In this document: piece by piece, positions 19,526-28,193 of the stretch | Layout of the letters: each line of letters begins with the position of its first letter | Position numbering within the stretch: position 1 is the first letter of the stretch | Assembly (NCBI GenBank): GCA_016125075.1 | Contig: WGMO01000020.1 | Coordinates: 27,852-91,851, forward strand | From: Terrimonas sp. | Lineage (GTDB): Bacteria > Bacteroidota > Bacteroidia > Chitinophagales > Chitinophagaceae | DNA: 64,000 nt | Reading direction: 5' to 3' | The notes under the pieces: generated by a model | Databases searched by the model: none | What the model was told of the DNA's origin: nothing | The model's input: the letters and a program-made list of their open reading frames with translations, nothing else | Program-made: the position numbers and the translations under genes

Positions 19526-21031
19526 ATGAGACATAGACACTATATACCATTGACCATTATGCTGTTTTTAACTTTTTCAGCCCTGTACGGCCAGAACGGA
19601 ACCCGGTTAATCGGGTACGATGCAAAAACAATTGGTCGTGGCGGAACCGTAACCGGTTTTTTTGACAACCCTTCGCTGATGATGAACAATCCGGGGGGGA
19701 TTTCATTTTTGGATGCCACACAACTGGATATTAATTTTTCCCTGATGGCCCCCACCGTGAGTTTTCAGAATGCTTATAATAATACAGAAGGAAAGAAAAA
19801 TTATTTTCCGCTGCCATCCCTATGGTATGTCAATAAACCCCGGGAAAGTAAATGGACCTATGGTTTTGGCCTTTATACTCAGGGTGGTATGGGTGCCGAT
19901 TTCTCTTTAAACCATCCACTGTACAAAAATCAACAGGGCGACTATATTCAACAAACCTACCACTCAAAATTTGCGGTCATGCAGGGAGGACCATCCGTTG
20001 CCTATCAACTCAACAAAAAACTGGCCGTGGGTGTATCTGCACACCTGGTGTACAGCCAGATGGAATTCCAGATGCCTTACAGCCTGTCACCAAACATGTT
20101 GAAGGGAATCATCAATCCGCAAAATGGTTTCACATTCGGAAATATGTTTTCTGCCCCATTTGAATCCGGAGGACTAAACTATTCAGAAGTTACTGCATCT
20201 GCCAATATGAAAGACCTTAACGCTTTTGGTTTTGCCGGTAAAATCGGTATTGCCTACAAGGCTACCAAGGATCTATCCCTGGGGCTTAATTATAATTCCC
20301 CTACCCGGCTTCATTTCAAGAACGGGAAAGCCGATATGGACATGAGTGCACAGATGAATGATGCTTTTGCAAGGGTGATGATGGGCATTCTGCAGCAAAA
20401 CCCCGGGATGAGTGCAGAAGACGCACAGGTTGCTGCCATGAATAATTTCAGCCAGTTAGGGATCGATCTGAGTAAAGGGGCTGTAGCTGCATATGACCTA
20501 TCCAATACTTTCAGTTTACCCCAATCTATCGCATTTGGTGTTTCCCTGAATGCCACCCGGAAAATACGCCTGGGACTTGATGTGGAATGGATCAACTGGG
20601 CCAATGCCTTCGACAAAATGCAGCTATCCTTATCCGGCGGAAAAAATCCCAATATCAATACCATGATGGGTAATAACGGATCATTCTCTATCGACTTTCC
20701 GCTGAACTGGAAAAATACAGTGGTGATCCGAACAGGAACCGAATTTGACCTCAGCCAAAAACTTACCGGCAGGCTGGGTTATGCCTATGGCAGCAATCCT
20801 GTACCCGCTGCTACCGTTTTCCCGGTTTTCCCCGCCATTGTTAAGCATCATATCATGACCGGGCTTTCTTACAGGGTCTCCCAAAAATTTGCAATAAACC
20901 TTGCATATGAACATGCCTTTAAGAATGAGTTGAAAGCCTCTAACCCCAGCCTTATTGCCAATGAATTCAACAACAGTACTTCAGGTTTAAAAACATCCAT
21001 CTATCACCTGTCTGTTTCCTGGAAACTGTAA
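19526..21031 (+). CDS. outer-membrane transport protein, OMPP1/FadL/TodX family
   Basis: 501 aa with a signal peptide. Contains GYDAKTIGRGGTVTGFFDNPSLMMNNPGGISF and a C-terminal aromatic-rich beta-strand (IYHLSVSWKL). Confidence 0.8.
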   Translation: MRHRHYIPLTIMLFLTFSALYGQNGTRLIGYDAKTIGRGGTVTGFFDNPSLMMNNPGGISFLDATQLDINFSLMAPTVSFQNAYNNTEGKKNYFPLPSLWYVNKPRESKWTYGFGLYTQGGMGADFSLNHPLYKNQQGDYIQQTYHSKFAVMQGGPSVAYQLNKKLAVGVSAHLVYSQMEFQMPYSLSPNMLKGIINPQNGFTFGNMFSAPFESGGLNYSEVTASANMKDLNAFGFAGKIGIAYKATKDLSLGLNYNSPTRLHFKNGKADMDMSAQMNDAFARVMMGILQQNPGMSAEDAQVAAMNNFSQLGIDLSKGAVAAYDLSNTFSLPQSIAFGVSLNATRKIRLGLDVEWINWANAFDKMQLSLSGGKNPNINTMMGNNGSFSIDFPLNWKNTVVIRTGTEFDLSQKLTGRLGYAYGSNPVPAATVFPVFPAIVKHHIMTGLSYRVSQKFAINLAYEHAFKNELKASNPSLIANEFNNSTSGLKTSIYHLSVSWKL

Positions 21032-21043
21032 GGTGAGTACTGT

Positions 21044-21079
21044 AAAAAAGGCCTCCCGTTTCAATGGAGGCCTTTTTTT
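21044..21079. terminator. bidirectional rho-independent terminator between convergent OMP and permease genes
   Basis: AAAAAA-GGCCTCC-cgtttcaat-GGAGGCC-TTTTTTT. The A-run and T-run allow function on both strands. Confidence 0.8.
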
Positions 21080-21093
21080 ATTACAAATTCATT

Positions 21094-22422
21094 TCATTCC
21101 AGGGTTGCTTGCTGCCTGTTACGGATCAAATAATAAAATAACACCCCCGCAATCGCGATCAGGCTACCCCAAACAGCGAACCATGCTGTTGAAATAAAGA
21201 GGAATAGCCATATCAGGATCGACAGGATTACCGGAACCGGGAACAATTTCATTTTATACGGGAGCGTGGCCGTGCCCAATCGTTTGCGGAGCAGCACCAC
21301 CCCTGTAGCCTGGGCAATGAACTGGACCAGGATCCGCATGGCAAGGATGGCATTGATCACCTGTGATAAACGAAAAATAAGGCTGAAAATAAATCCAAGC
21401 ATACAGATGACCAGCAGGGATATATGGGGAAAATTTTTTGTAGGATGCAGTCTCCCAAACACTTTGAAAAAGTTGCCATCCACAGCAGCAGCATAAGGCA
21501 CACGGGAATAACCCAGCACCACCGCGAATAAGGAGGACATGGCAATACAAAGAATAAGCACAGTCACCACCAGGGCTGCCCGGTGGCCATACAGTTCCTC
21601 CATGAATGTACTGACAAGATATTTATCATCTTCCCTGATCGATTGCCAGGGCACCACCCCCATTACACTGATATTCATCAGCAGGTATAGTGCCGCGATA
21701 CCGATAATGGAAATGAAAATACTGCGGGGGATATTGATTTCGGGTCTTTTGATTTCTCCTCCAAGGTGACAAACATTATAATATCCGAGGTAGCTGTACA
21801 CGGTTTTCAAAGACCCATGTGCTACGGCTGCCCAGAAGCTGAACTGGAAAAAAGACTCTTGTCCGCTGGGCCAGAATTTAATGGCATAATGATGATGAGA
21901 AAGTCCGCTTACGATGATCCAGCCTATGGTAAGGATCACGATAGAGCCAAAAACCACTGATATCTTACCCACCGTTTCAATTTTCCTGTACAACAGCAAT
22001 AATACAAAGAGCACAAGCCCTCCGGAAACAATTTTCTGTTGCCAATCATTCAGATCAACGATATAAGTCAGGTATTGCGCAAACCCAATGGCTGCAGAAG
22101 CGACCACCAGGGGTGCCTGGATAGAGGTTTGCCAGACAAACAAAAAACTCATCATCCTGCCCCCTTTTTCTCCATAGGCGATCCGGTGAAAATTATAGGT
22201 GCCGCCTGCCAAAGGATATTTGGCACCCAGTTCACTCCATATCATTCCATCCACCAGGGCTGTAAAAGCACCAAATATCCAGGCCCAGAGAAAAAGCCCG
22301 CTGCTGAACTGGGCTACTACAAAGGGCATGACCACAAATGGGCCAATGCCTACCATATCAATCATGTTAATGGCCGAAGCCTGGAGCAGATTTATTTTGC
22401 GGTTGACCTGTGGAGTAGACAA
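21094..22422 (-). CDS. APC-superfamily amino acid permease
   Basis: 442 aa with about 12 TM helices. The N-terminal block is LLQASAINMIDMVGIGPFV, typical of amino acid/polyamine permeases. Confidence 0.8.
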   Translation of the reverse strand: MSTPQVNRKINLLQASAINMIDMVGIGPFVVMPFVVAQFSSGLFLWAWIFGAFTALVDGMIWSELGAKYPLAGGTYNFHRIAYGEKGGRMMSFLFVWQTSIQAPLVVASAAIGFAQYLTYIVDLNDWQQKIVSGGLVLFVLLLLYRKIETVGKISVVFGSIVILTIGWIIVSGLSHHHYAIKFWPSGQESFFQFSFWAAVAHGSLKTVYSYLGYYNVCHLGGEIKRPEINIPRSIFISIIGIAALYLLMNISVMGVVPWQSIREDDKYLVSTFMEELYGHRAALVVTVLILCIAMSSLFAVVLGYSRVPYAAAVDGNFFKVFGRLHPTKNFPHISLLVICMLGFIFSLIFRLSQVINAILAMRILVQFIAQATGVVLLRKRLGTATLPYKMKLFPVPVILSILIWLFLFISTAWFAVWGSLIAIAGVLFYYLIRNRQQATLE

Positions 22423-22461
22423 TTCAATAATTAGGTTATGAATAATCGAATTTAAATGAAT

Positions 22462-23757
22462 TTAGCTTGCGGCAAATACACGAATGGCCCCCACCAGTTT
22501 ATCCAGTTCTTTCACAGTGGTGTATACATTGGGTGTGATTCTTACGCCATGTATATTTTCCCAGTTGATCGCCACCGTATGAATCCGGTATTTTGATAAT
22601 AAAAAATTATCCAGCTCTTCCGGTTTTTTACCTTCCACCGCCACATTACCGATTGCACAACCCCATTTTGGATCGAGTGAAGTGTTGAGCCGTATCTTCG
22701 GCGTACCTTGTATTTGTTCCATCCAGTAATTTTTTAAATAGTGCAGCCTTTTCTCCTTTCGGTCGCTTCCAATCATGTCATGAAACTCAAGCGCTTTCCC
22801 GATGGCCTGTTCGATAAAGAAGGGTCTTGTGCCGAGGGCTTCGAACTTGCGGATATCATTACTCCGGGGTTCTCCCATAGCGAATAAAGGATAGATATTC
22901 TTTATTTTTTCTTTTTTGATGTACAACATGCCGCTTCCGATTGGGGCATATAACCATTTATGGAGGCTACTGGCAAAATAATCGCATTCCAGATCCGGGA
23001 TGTTAAACTGGAAATGCGCAAAACTATGCGCCCCGTCAACCAACACTTCTATCCCTCTTTTATGGGCTGCCGCAGCAATGGCTTTAACAGGTAGTATCTG
23101 GCCATTCCAGTTGATGATATGCGTAATATGAACCAGTTTTGTTTTCACAGTAAAGGCATTGATAAACTGGTTGGCAAGATACTGGCCATCTTCAGTGGGT
23201 AGTTCCAGGTCCAGCCAAACCAGTTTTATCCCGTCGCGCATTTCCCTTTGTTTCCAGGCATTGATCATATTGGGATAATCCTGTTTGGTCAGCACCACTT
23301 CATCACCGGGTTTCAGATCCAAACCAAAGATCACAGTTTCCAGGCCCTCGGAAGAATTCCGGTTTATTGCTATTTCTTCGGCCGAACAACCGGCAAGTTT
23401 TGCAATGTTTTCCCGTAAGGGTTCCCGGCCCTGGTCCAAGATCCTCCACATATAATAACTGGGGGCCTCATTACAATAATCATAATAACGTTTCATTGCA
23501 TCCTGAACTGATTTCGGCGCCGGACTTACCCCGCCGTTGTTGAGGTTGATGATGCCGGAAGAGACCGTGAATGACTGTTGGATATAATACCAAAAATCCT
23601 CTTCTGTAGCCAGGTCGGCCGGCGACATGCCTTCCGCATCCCGCAAAGCAGCATGCAGGTTCCTGCTCCAGGCAGGTTGGGTGATCGAACCCAGGAAGGA
23701 TGTCGCTGATAAGGCGCCCAGTTTGTGCAGGAATTTGCGTCGGTTGGAGACAGGCAT
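22462..23757 (-). CDS. class V aminotransferase-fold PLP-dependent enzyme with twin-arginine (Tat) signal peptide
   Basis: 431 aa. The N-terminus MPVSNRRKFLHKLGALSATSFLGSITQPAWS fits the S/T-R-R-x-F-L-K Tat motif. The PLP lysine context is SSLHKWLYAPIGSG. Overall it resembles isopenicillin-N epimerase/cysteine desulfurase-like fold-type I enzymes. Confidence 0.8.
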   Translation of the reverse strand: MPVSNRRKFLHKLGALSATSFLGSITQPAWSRNLHAALRDAEGMSPADLATEEDFWYYIQQSFTVSSGIINLNNGGVSPAPKSVQDAMKRYYDYCNEAPSYYMWRILDQGREPLRENIAKLAGCSAEEIAINRNSSEGLETVIFGLDLKPGDEVVLTKQDYPNMINAWKQREMRDGIKLVWLDLELPTEDGQYLANQFINAFTVKTKLVHITHIINWNGQILPVKAIAAAAHKRGIEVLVDGAHSFAHFQFNIPDLECDYFASSLHKWLYAPIGSGMLYIKKEKIKNIYPLFAMGEPRSNDIRKFEALGTRPFFIEQAIGKALEFHDMIGSDRKEKRLHYLKNYWMEQIQGTPKIRLNTSLDPKWGCAIGNVAVEGKKPEELDNFLLSKYRIHTVAINWENIHGVRITPNVYTTVKELDKLVGAIRVFAAS

Positions 23758-23943
23758 GACAGCATATTTTTTGGCCAGCCGTAAATTATGGAATAATTAT
23801 AAGAGTATAAACAGGATCTAATGGATACAGAGAGAAAAAGATATTTTACCCTGCAGGATGAGGAGAAAAGCCTGCGATAAGAAAATACCAAAATTGGCTA
23901 AAAATTCAAAATAGCCTAAATTGATATTTCAACATTCCCGTTT

Positions 23944-26583
23944 ATGAAGATACTTGAAATCAAAGTGCTGAAAGGGCCCAATTACTGGAGCATCAGGCGC
24001 CCCAAACTGATCCAGATGAAACTCGACCTGGAAGAAATGGAACAACGCCCTACTCATAAAATAGAAGGTTTCCGTGAAAGATTGGAAAACATGTTTCCCA
24101 CCATGTACGAACACCGTTGCAGTGTGGGTACGCCCGGCGGTTTTTTTCAAAGAGTGGATGAAGGTACCTGGATGGGTCATGTGATTGAACATATTGCCCT
24201 CGAACTGCAAACACTTGCAGGGATGGATACCGGTTTTGGCAGGACAAGGACACCTGAAGGCGAAAAAGAGGGTGTGTATTATGTAGTTTTCAGTTATATG
24301 GAAGAAGATGCAGGTGTTTATGCGGCACGGGCTGCCGTGCGGATTGCAGAAGCCCTGACGGACGCGAAGGCCTATGACCTGGCCGATGATATCCAGAAAT
24401 TGAGAGAGATCCGGGAGGATACCCGGCTGGGGCCTTCCACCGGATGTATTGTTGATGAAGCGGCAAAAAGAGGGATCCCCTATATACGACTGAATAAACA
24501 AAGCCTGGTGCAACTGGGTTATGGTGTTTATCAAAAAAGGATACGGGCCACCATTGCCTCCACTACCTCCAATATCGCTGTCGATATTGCCTGTGATAAG
24601 GAAGAGACAAAGATGCTCCTCGAAGCGGCGGAAATACCGGTACCCCGCGGTACCGTGATCAGGACAGAAGCCGGACTGGAGGAAGCCATCGAAAAATTCG
24701 GTTATCCATTAGTGATAAAACCCATCGATGGTAATCATGGTAAAGGTAATACGACCAATATCAATAACAGGGAGCAGGCCCAAAGGGCATTTGATGCCGC
24801 CAAAGCATACAGCCGGAGTGTGATCGTGGAAAGGTATATCACCGGTTATGATTTCAGGGCATTGGTCATTAATTATAAATTCATCTGTGCGGCCCTGAGA
24901 ACCCCGGCCTCTGTGATCGGCGACGGGGAGCATACCATCAAATGGTTGATTGATGAAACCAATAAAGATCCGCGGCGCGGATATGGGCATGAGAAGGTAC
25001 TTACCCAGATCACGCCCGATCAATTTACCCAGAAAATGCTCGATGACCTGGGTTATACCCTGGAAACGGTCCCTGCCCTTGGAGAAAGGGTATTATTGAA
25101 ACCCACGGCCAATCTGTCAACGGGCGGTACTTCCACCGACGTAACCGATGAAGTGCATCCCGCCAATATTTTCATGTTTGAAAGAATCGCGAGGATCATC
25201 GGTCTTGATATCTGTGGTATCGACATCATGACAACCGACCTGCGCACCCCGGTTGCAGAAAATGGCGGGGCCATCCTGGAAGTGAATGCAGCCCCCGGTT
25301 TCCGGATGCATATCGAGCCTTCGGAAGGATTGGCCAGGAATGCGGCAGAACCTGTGGTGGACATGCTTTTCCCGAAAGGGAGTGCCGGGAGAATCCCAAT
25401 CATTGCCATCACGGGTACCAATGGTAAAACCACTACTACCCGGCTTACTGCCCATATTGCAAAAAGTGCGGGCAAAAAAGTTGGATATACCACCAGTGAC
25501 GGTGTTTATATCCAAAATCAACTCATGATGAAAGGAGATTGTACCGGCCCGATATCCTCGCAGTTTGTGCTGAAAGACCCAACGGTTGATTTTGCGGTCC
25601 TGGAATGTGCCAGGGGGGGTATTCTCAAATCAGGGCTCGCCTTTCAAAATTGCGAAGTAGCGGTGGTCACAAATGTTGCAGCAGACCATATAGGATTGGG
25701 TGGTATCAATTCGGTCGAACAGATGGCGAGGGTGAAAGCCGTGGTTCCGGAAACCGTATTCCCGCATGGCTATGCCATCTTAAACGCCGATGACGATCTT
25801 GTGTTTAACATGAAGGAGGGTCTCAAATGTAATATTGCGCTGTTCAGCATGGATGAAAACAATCCAAGAATAAAAGCACATTGTGCGGAAGGGGGTCTGG
25901 CCACTGTATTTGAAAACGGGTATGTTACGATCATGAAAGGAAACTGGAAGATAAGGGTGATGCCCGCTAAAGATATACCCCTCACCTATGAAGGAAAAGC
26001 AGTTCATAATATCGCCAATTGCCTGCCGGCAGTGCTGTCGACCTACCTGTTCCGGGATATTACGATTGAAGACATCAGGATTGCCTTACAAACCTTTATC
26101 CCCTCCGAAAACCTGACACCGGGCCGGTTAAATTTTTTCCATTTTAAAAATTTCACCATCCTGGCAGATTTTGCCCATAACCCGCATGGATTGAAACTGC
26201 TTTGCGATTTCATCAGTAAACTGGATTATCCCTATCGGATCGGGGTGATCTCCGGAACCGGCGACCGCAGGGATGAAGATATCCGTGAACTGGGCTCCAT
26301 CTCCGCCAGCTATTTTGATGAGATCATCATCCGGTGTGATAAGAACCTAAGAGGGAGAACCGCCGAAGCAATCATTGAATTATTAAAGGAAGGTATCCAT
26401 AGTATCAACCCGACTATTCCAACACTTGTCATTCCCAATGAAGATGAAGCCCTGGATTATATTTATGAAAATGCCCGCCCCGGAGCCTTGTATACGATCA
26501 TGTGTGACGTGGTGGCCCGGGCACTGGATAAGATCAGGGAACTGAAAGTGAGGGAGGAAAAAGAGCTGGCCCTCACGCATTAA
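23944..26583 (+). CDS. cphA: cyanophycin synthetase
   Basis: 879 aa. The N-terminal domain starts MKILEIKVLKGPNYWS. The ATP-grasp block is YPLVIKPIDGNHGKG and the Mur-ligase-like P-loop is IAITGTNGKTTTTRL. Confidence 0.93.
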   Translation: MKILEIKVLKGPNYWSIRRPKLIQMKLDLEEMEQRPTHKIEGFRERLENMFPTMYEHRCSVGTPGGFFQRVDEGTWMGHVIEHIALELQTLAGMDTGFGRTRTPEGEKEGVYYVVFSYMEEDAGVYAARAAVRIAEALTDAKAYDLADDIQKLREIREDTRLGPSTGCIVDEAAKRGIPYIRLNKQSLVQLGYGVYQKRIRATIASTTSNIAVDIACDKEETKMLLEAAEIPVPRGTVIRTEAGLEEAIEKFGYPLVIKPIDGNHGKGNTTNINNREQAQRAFDAAKAYSRSVIVERYITGYDFRALVINYKFICAALRTPASVIGDGEHTIKWLIDETNKDPRRGYGHEKVLTQITPDQFTQKMLDDLGYTLETVPALGERVLLKPTANLSTGGTSTDVTDEVHPANIFMFERIARIIGLDICGIDIMTTDLRTPVAENGGAILEVNAAPGFRMHIEPSEGLARNAAEPVVDMLFPKGSAGRIPIIAITGTNGKTTTTRLTAHIAKSAGKKVGYTTSDGVYIQNQLMMKGDCTGPISSQFVLKDPTVDFAVLECARGGILKSGLAFQNCEVAVVTNVAADHIGLGGINSVEQMARVKAVVPETVFPHGYAILNADDDLVFNMKEGLKCNIALFSMDENNPRIKAHCAEGGLATVFENGYVTIMKGNWKIRVMPAKDIPLTYEGKAVHNIANCLPAVLSTYLFRDITIEDIRIALQTFIPSENLTPGRLNFFHFKNFTILADFAHNPHGLKLLCDFISKLDYPYRIGVISGTGDRRDEDIRELGSISASYFDEIIIRCDKNLRGRTAEAIIELLKEGIHSINPTIPTLVIPNEDEALDYIYENARPGALYTIMCDVVARALDKIRELKVREEKELALTH

Positions 26584-26600
26584 TAAAACCCAAAAAGCAT

Positions 26601-26631
26601 TTGGGAGTAAGGGAATACTGCCCTATTTTTG
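26601..26631 (+). promoter_or_regulatory. candidate promoter for tRNA-Gln
   Basis: TTG (26601-26603), a 20-nt spacer, then TAttTTTG (26624-26631). It lies about 30 nt upstream of the mature tRNA 5' end. Confidence 0.5.
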
Positions 26632-26661
26632 CACTCCCAAATCAAAAAGAAGCGGGAAAAC

Positions 26662-26732
26662 TGACCCATGGTGTAATGGTAACACTACTGATTTTGGTTC
26701 AGTCATTTAAGGTTCGAATCCTTATGGGTCAA
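26662..26732 (+). tRNA. tRNA-Gln (anticodon UUG)
   Basis: Hand-folded cloverleaf. The acceptor stem is TGACCCA/TGGGTCA and the D-arm is short (GTG/CAC). The anticodon stem is ACTGA/TCAGT with loop TT-TTG-GT. The T-arm is TAAGG-TTCGAAT-CCTTA. The discriminator is A and no CCA is encoded. Confidence 0.85.
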
Positions 26733-26733
26733 C

Positions 26734-26760
26734 AAAAACCCCTGAAGTTCAGGGGTTTTT
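26734..26760. terminator. bidirectional terminator shared by tRNA-Gln/cphA (+) and rfbD (-)
   Basis: AAAAA-CCCCTGA-agt-TCAGGGG-TTTTT. The rfbD stop codon (26749-26751) lies inside the hairpin. Confidence 0.75.
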
Positions 26761-27630
26761 GATTTTGTCCAGGCAATGTTCAAGACTTTCTTTCCAATTT
26801 TTGAGTGTAACCCCGAAAGTAACCTGCAGGCTGGTACAATCCAGCACTGAATAATGAGGCCTCCGGGCAGCTGTAGGAAAAGCTGAACTGGGAATTGGAT
26901 TGATCGTACAGGTGCTTCCGGTATAAGCTTTGATCGCCAACGCAAAATCATACCAGCTGATCATGCCTTCATTACAAAAGTGATAGACCCCTGAAGGACA
27001 ATTTACCGCATCGGCATCACATCGTTTCACGATCGTTAAAAGCGTAGCCGCCAAATCAACAGCATATGTGGGTGAACCCACCTGGTCATTGACCACACTG
27101 ATCTCATTTTTTTCCTGCATCAGTTTTAGCATGGTCTTCACGAAATTTTTACCATATTCCGAATACACCCAGGAAGTACGAATGATGATACTGTCGGGAT
27201 TATATTCCAAGGCCTGGCGTTCTCCCTGTAATTTGGAAGCGCCATAGATAGTTTGCGGATTTGTCGGGCTATCCGTCTGGTAGGGCAACCTTGCATTTCC
27301 GTCAAACACATAATCGGTCGAAATATGGATGAATTTGGTATGGTGCTCCCTGCAAATGGCCGCCAATACCCCCACCGACTCGGCATTGACCAGGTAAGCC
27401 AATTCCTCTTCTTCTTCCGCCTTGTCTACCGCGGTATAGGCTGCACAATTGATACAAAATGCAGGTTGAATTGTACGGAAAAAATTCCTGACCAGTTCAA
27501 AATGATGGATCCTGAGATCTTCCCGGGAGAGAAAGACAAATGCCCATTCGGGGTAAAAGGCTTCCAGTTGCCTGAGTGCTTTACCCAACTGGCCATTCGC
27601 CCCGGTTATCAGTATTTTTTTTTTTGACAT
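26749..27630 (-). CDS. rfbD: dTDP-4-dehydrorhamnose reductase
   Basis: 293 aa. The Rossmann motif is ILITGANGQLG and the SDR YxxxK motif is in YGASKLQGE. It follows rfbC with a 1-nt stop/start overlap. Confidence 0.9.
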   Translation of the reverse strand: MSKKKILITGANGQLGKALRQLEAFYPEWAFVFLSREDLRIHHFELVRNFFRTIQPAFCINCAAYTAVDKAEEEEELAYLVNAESVGVLAAICREHHTKFIHISTDYVFDGNARLPYQTDSPTNPQTIYGASKLQGERQALEYNPDSIIIRTSWVYSEYGKNFVKTMLKLMQEKNEISVVNDQVGSPTYAVDLAATLLTIVKRCDADAVNCPSGVYHFCNEGMISWYDFALAIKAYTGSTCTINPIPSSAFPTAARRPHYSVLDCTSLQVTFGVTLKNWKESLEHCLDKIKNP

Positions 27631-28190
27631 CAGGTTAAGAATTCAAAAGTATTCCTGCAATCGGCAAACAAGGGCAGATTGATATCCTTTTCAGAAACAA
27701 TAACTTTTTCTCCGGGTATTTTCCAGTCAATATTCAAACCGGGATCATTGTAACGGATGCCGGCCTCACTCTTCTTGTTATAAAAACGGTCACACTTATA
27801 TAACACTTCCGCTTGCTCACTCAAAACAGAAAATCCATGCGCATACCCTGCAGGAATAAATAGTTGCTTTTTGTTTTCTGCAGACAATTCGATACCAAAA
27901 ATTTTTTTATAGGTGGGCGACCCCACGCGGATATCCACTACCACGTCATAGATCGTACCCTGCAAAACCCTGACAAGCTTTGCCTGTGCAAAGGGATGCA
28001 ACTGGTAGTGCAGGCCCCTGATCACGCCGTATCCTGAAGAAGACTGGTTATCCTGCACAAAGCGGTTTGTAATACCTGCCGCACGAAATGTGAGTGCATT
28101 ATACGCTTCGAAAAAGAAACCCCGGTCATCTTTCATTATATGCGGATCGAAAACGATCAGGCCCGGAAAAGCTGTAGTATTGAATGGCAT
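27630..28190 (-). CDS. rfbC: dTDP-4-dehydrorhamnose 3,5-epimerase
   Basis: 186 aa. The RmlC cupin blocks are DDRGFFFE, IRGLHYQ, KLVRVLQGTIYDVVVDIR and PAGYAHGF. Confidence 0.92.
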   Translation of the reverse strand: MPFNTTAFPGLIVFDPHIMKDDRGFFFEAYNALTFRAAGITNRFVQDNQSSSGYGVIRGLHYQLHPFAQAKLVRVLQGTIYDVVVDIRVGSPTYKKIFGIELSAENKKQLFIPAGYAHGFSVLSEQAEVLYKCDRFYNKKSEAGIRYNDPGLNIDWKIPGEKVIVSEKDINLPLFADCRNTFEFLT

Positions 28191-28193
28191 AAT

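Noticed and set aside
23929-24534. 201-aa minus-strand ORF overlapping the start of cphA
   Set aside because: It is antisense to the strongly supported cphA N-terminal domain. Its Cys/His/Pro/Phe-rich composition is typical of shadow ORFs.
26589-26605. Hairpin CCCAAA-aagca-TTTGGG just after the cphA stop, considered as a terminator
   Set aside because: No U-tract follows. Its 3' arm overlaps the -33 element of the tRNA promoter, and the strong hairpin at 26734-26760 is a better terminator for the unit.
26662-26732. tRNA-Gln as a possible genomic-island integration site
   Set aside because: No integrase, transposase or phage genes occur on either side. I could not find by eye a direct repeat of the tRNA 3' end. 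The flanking genes are ordinary metabolic genes. A proper repeat search was not possible here.
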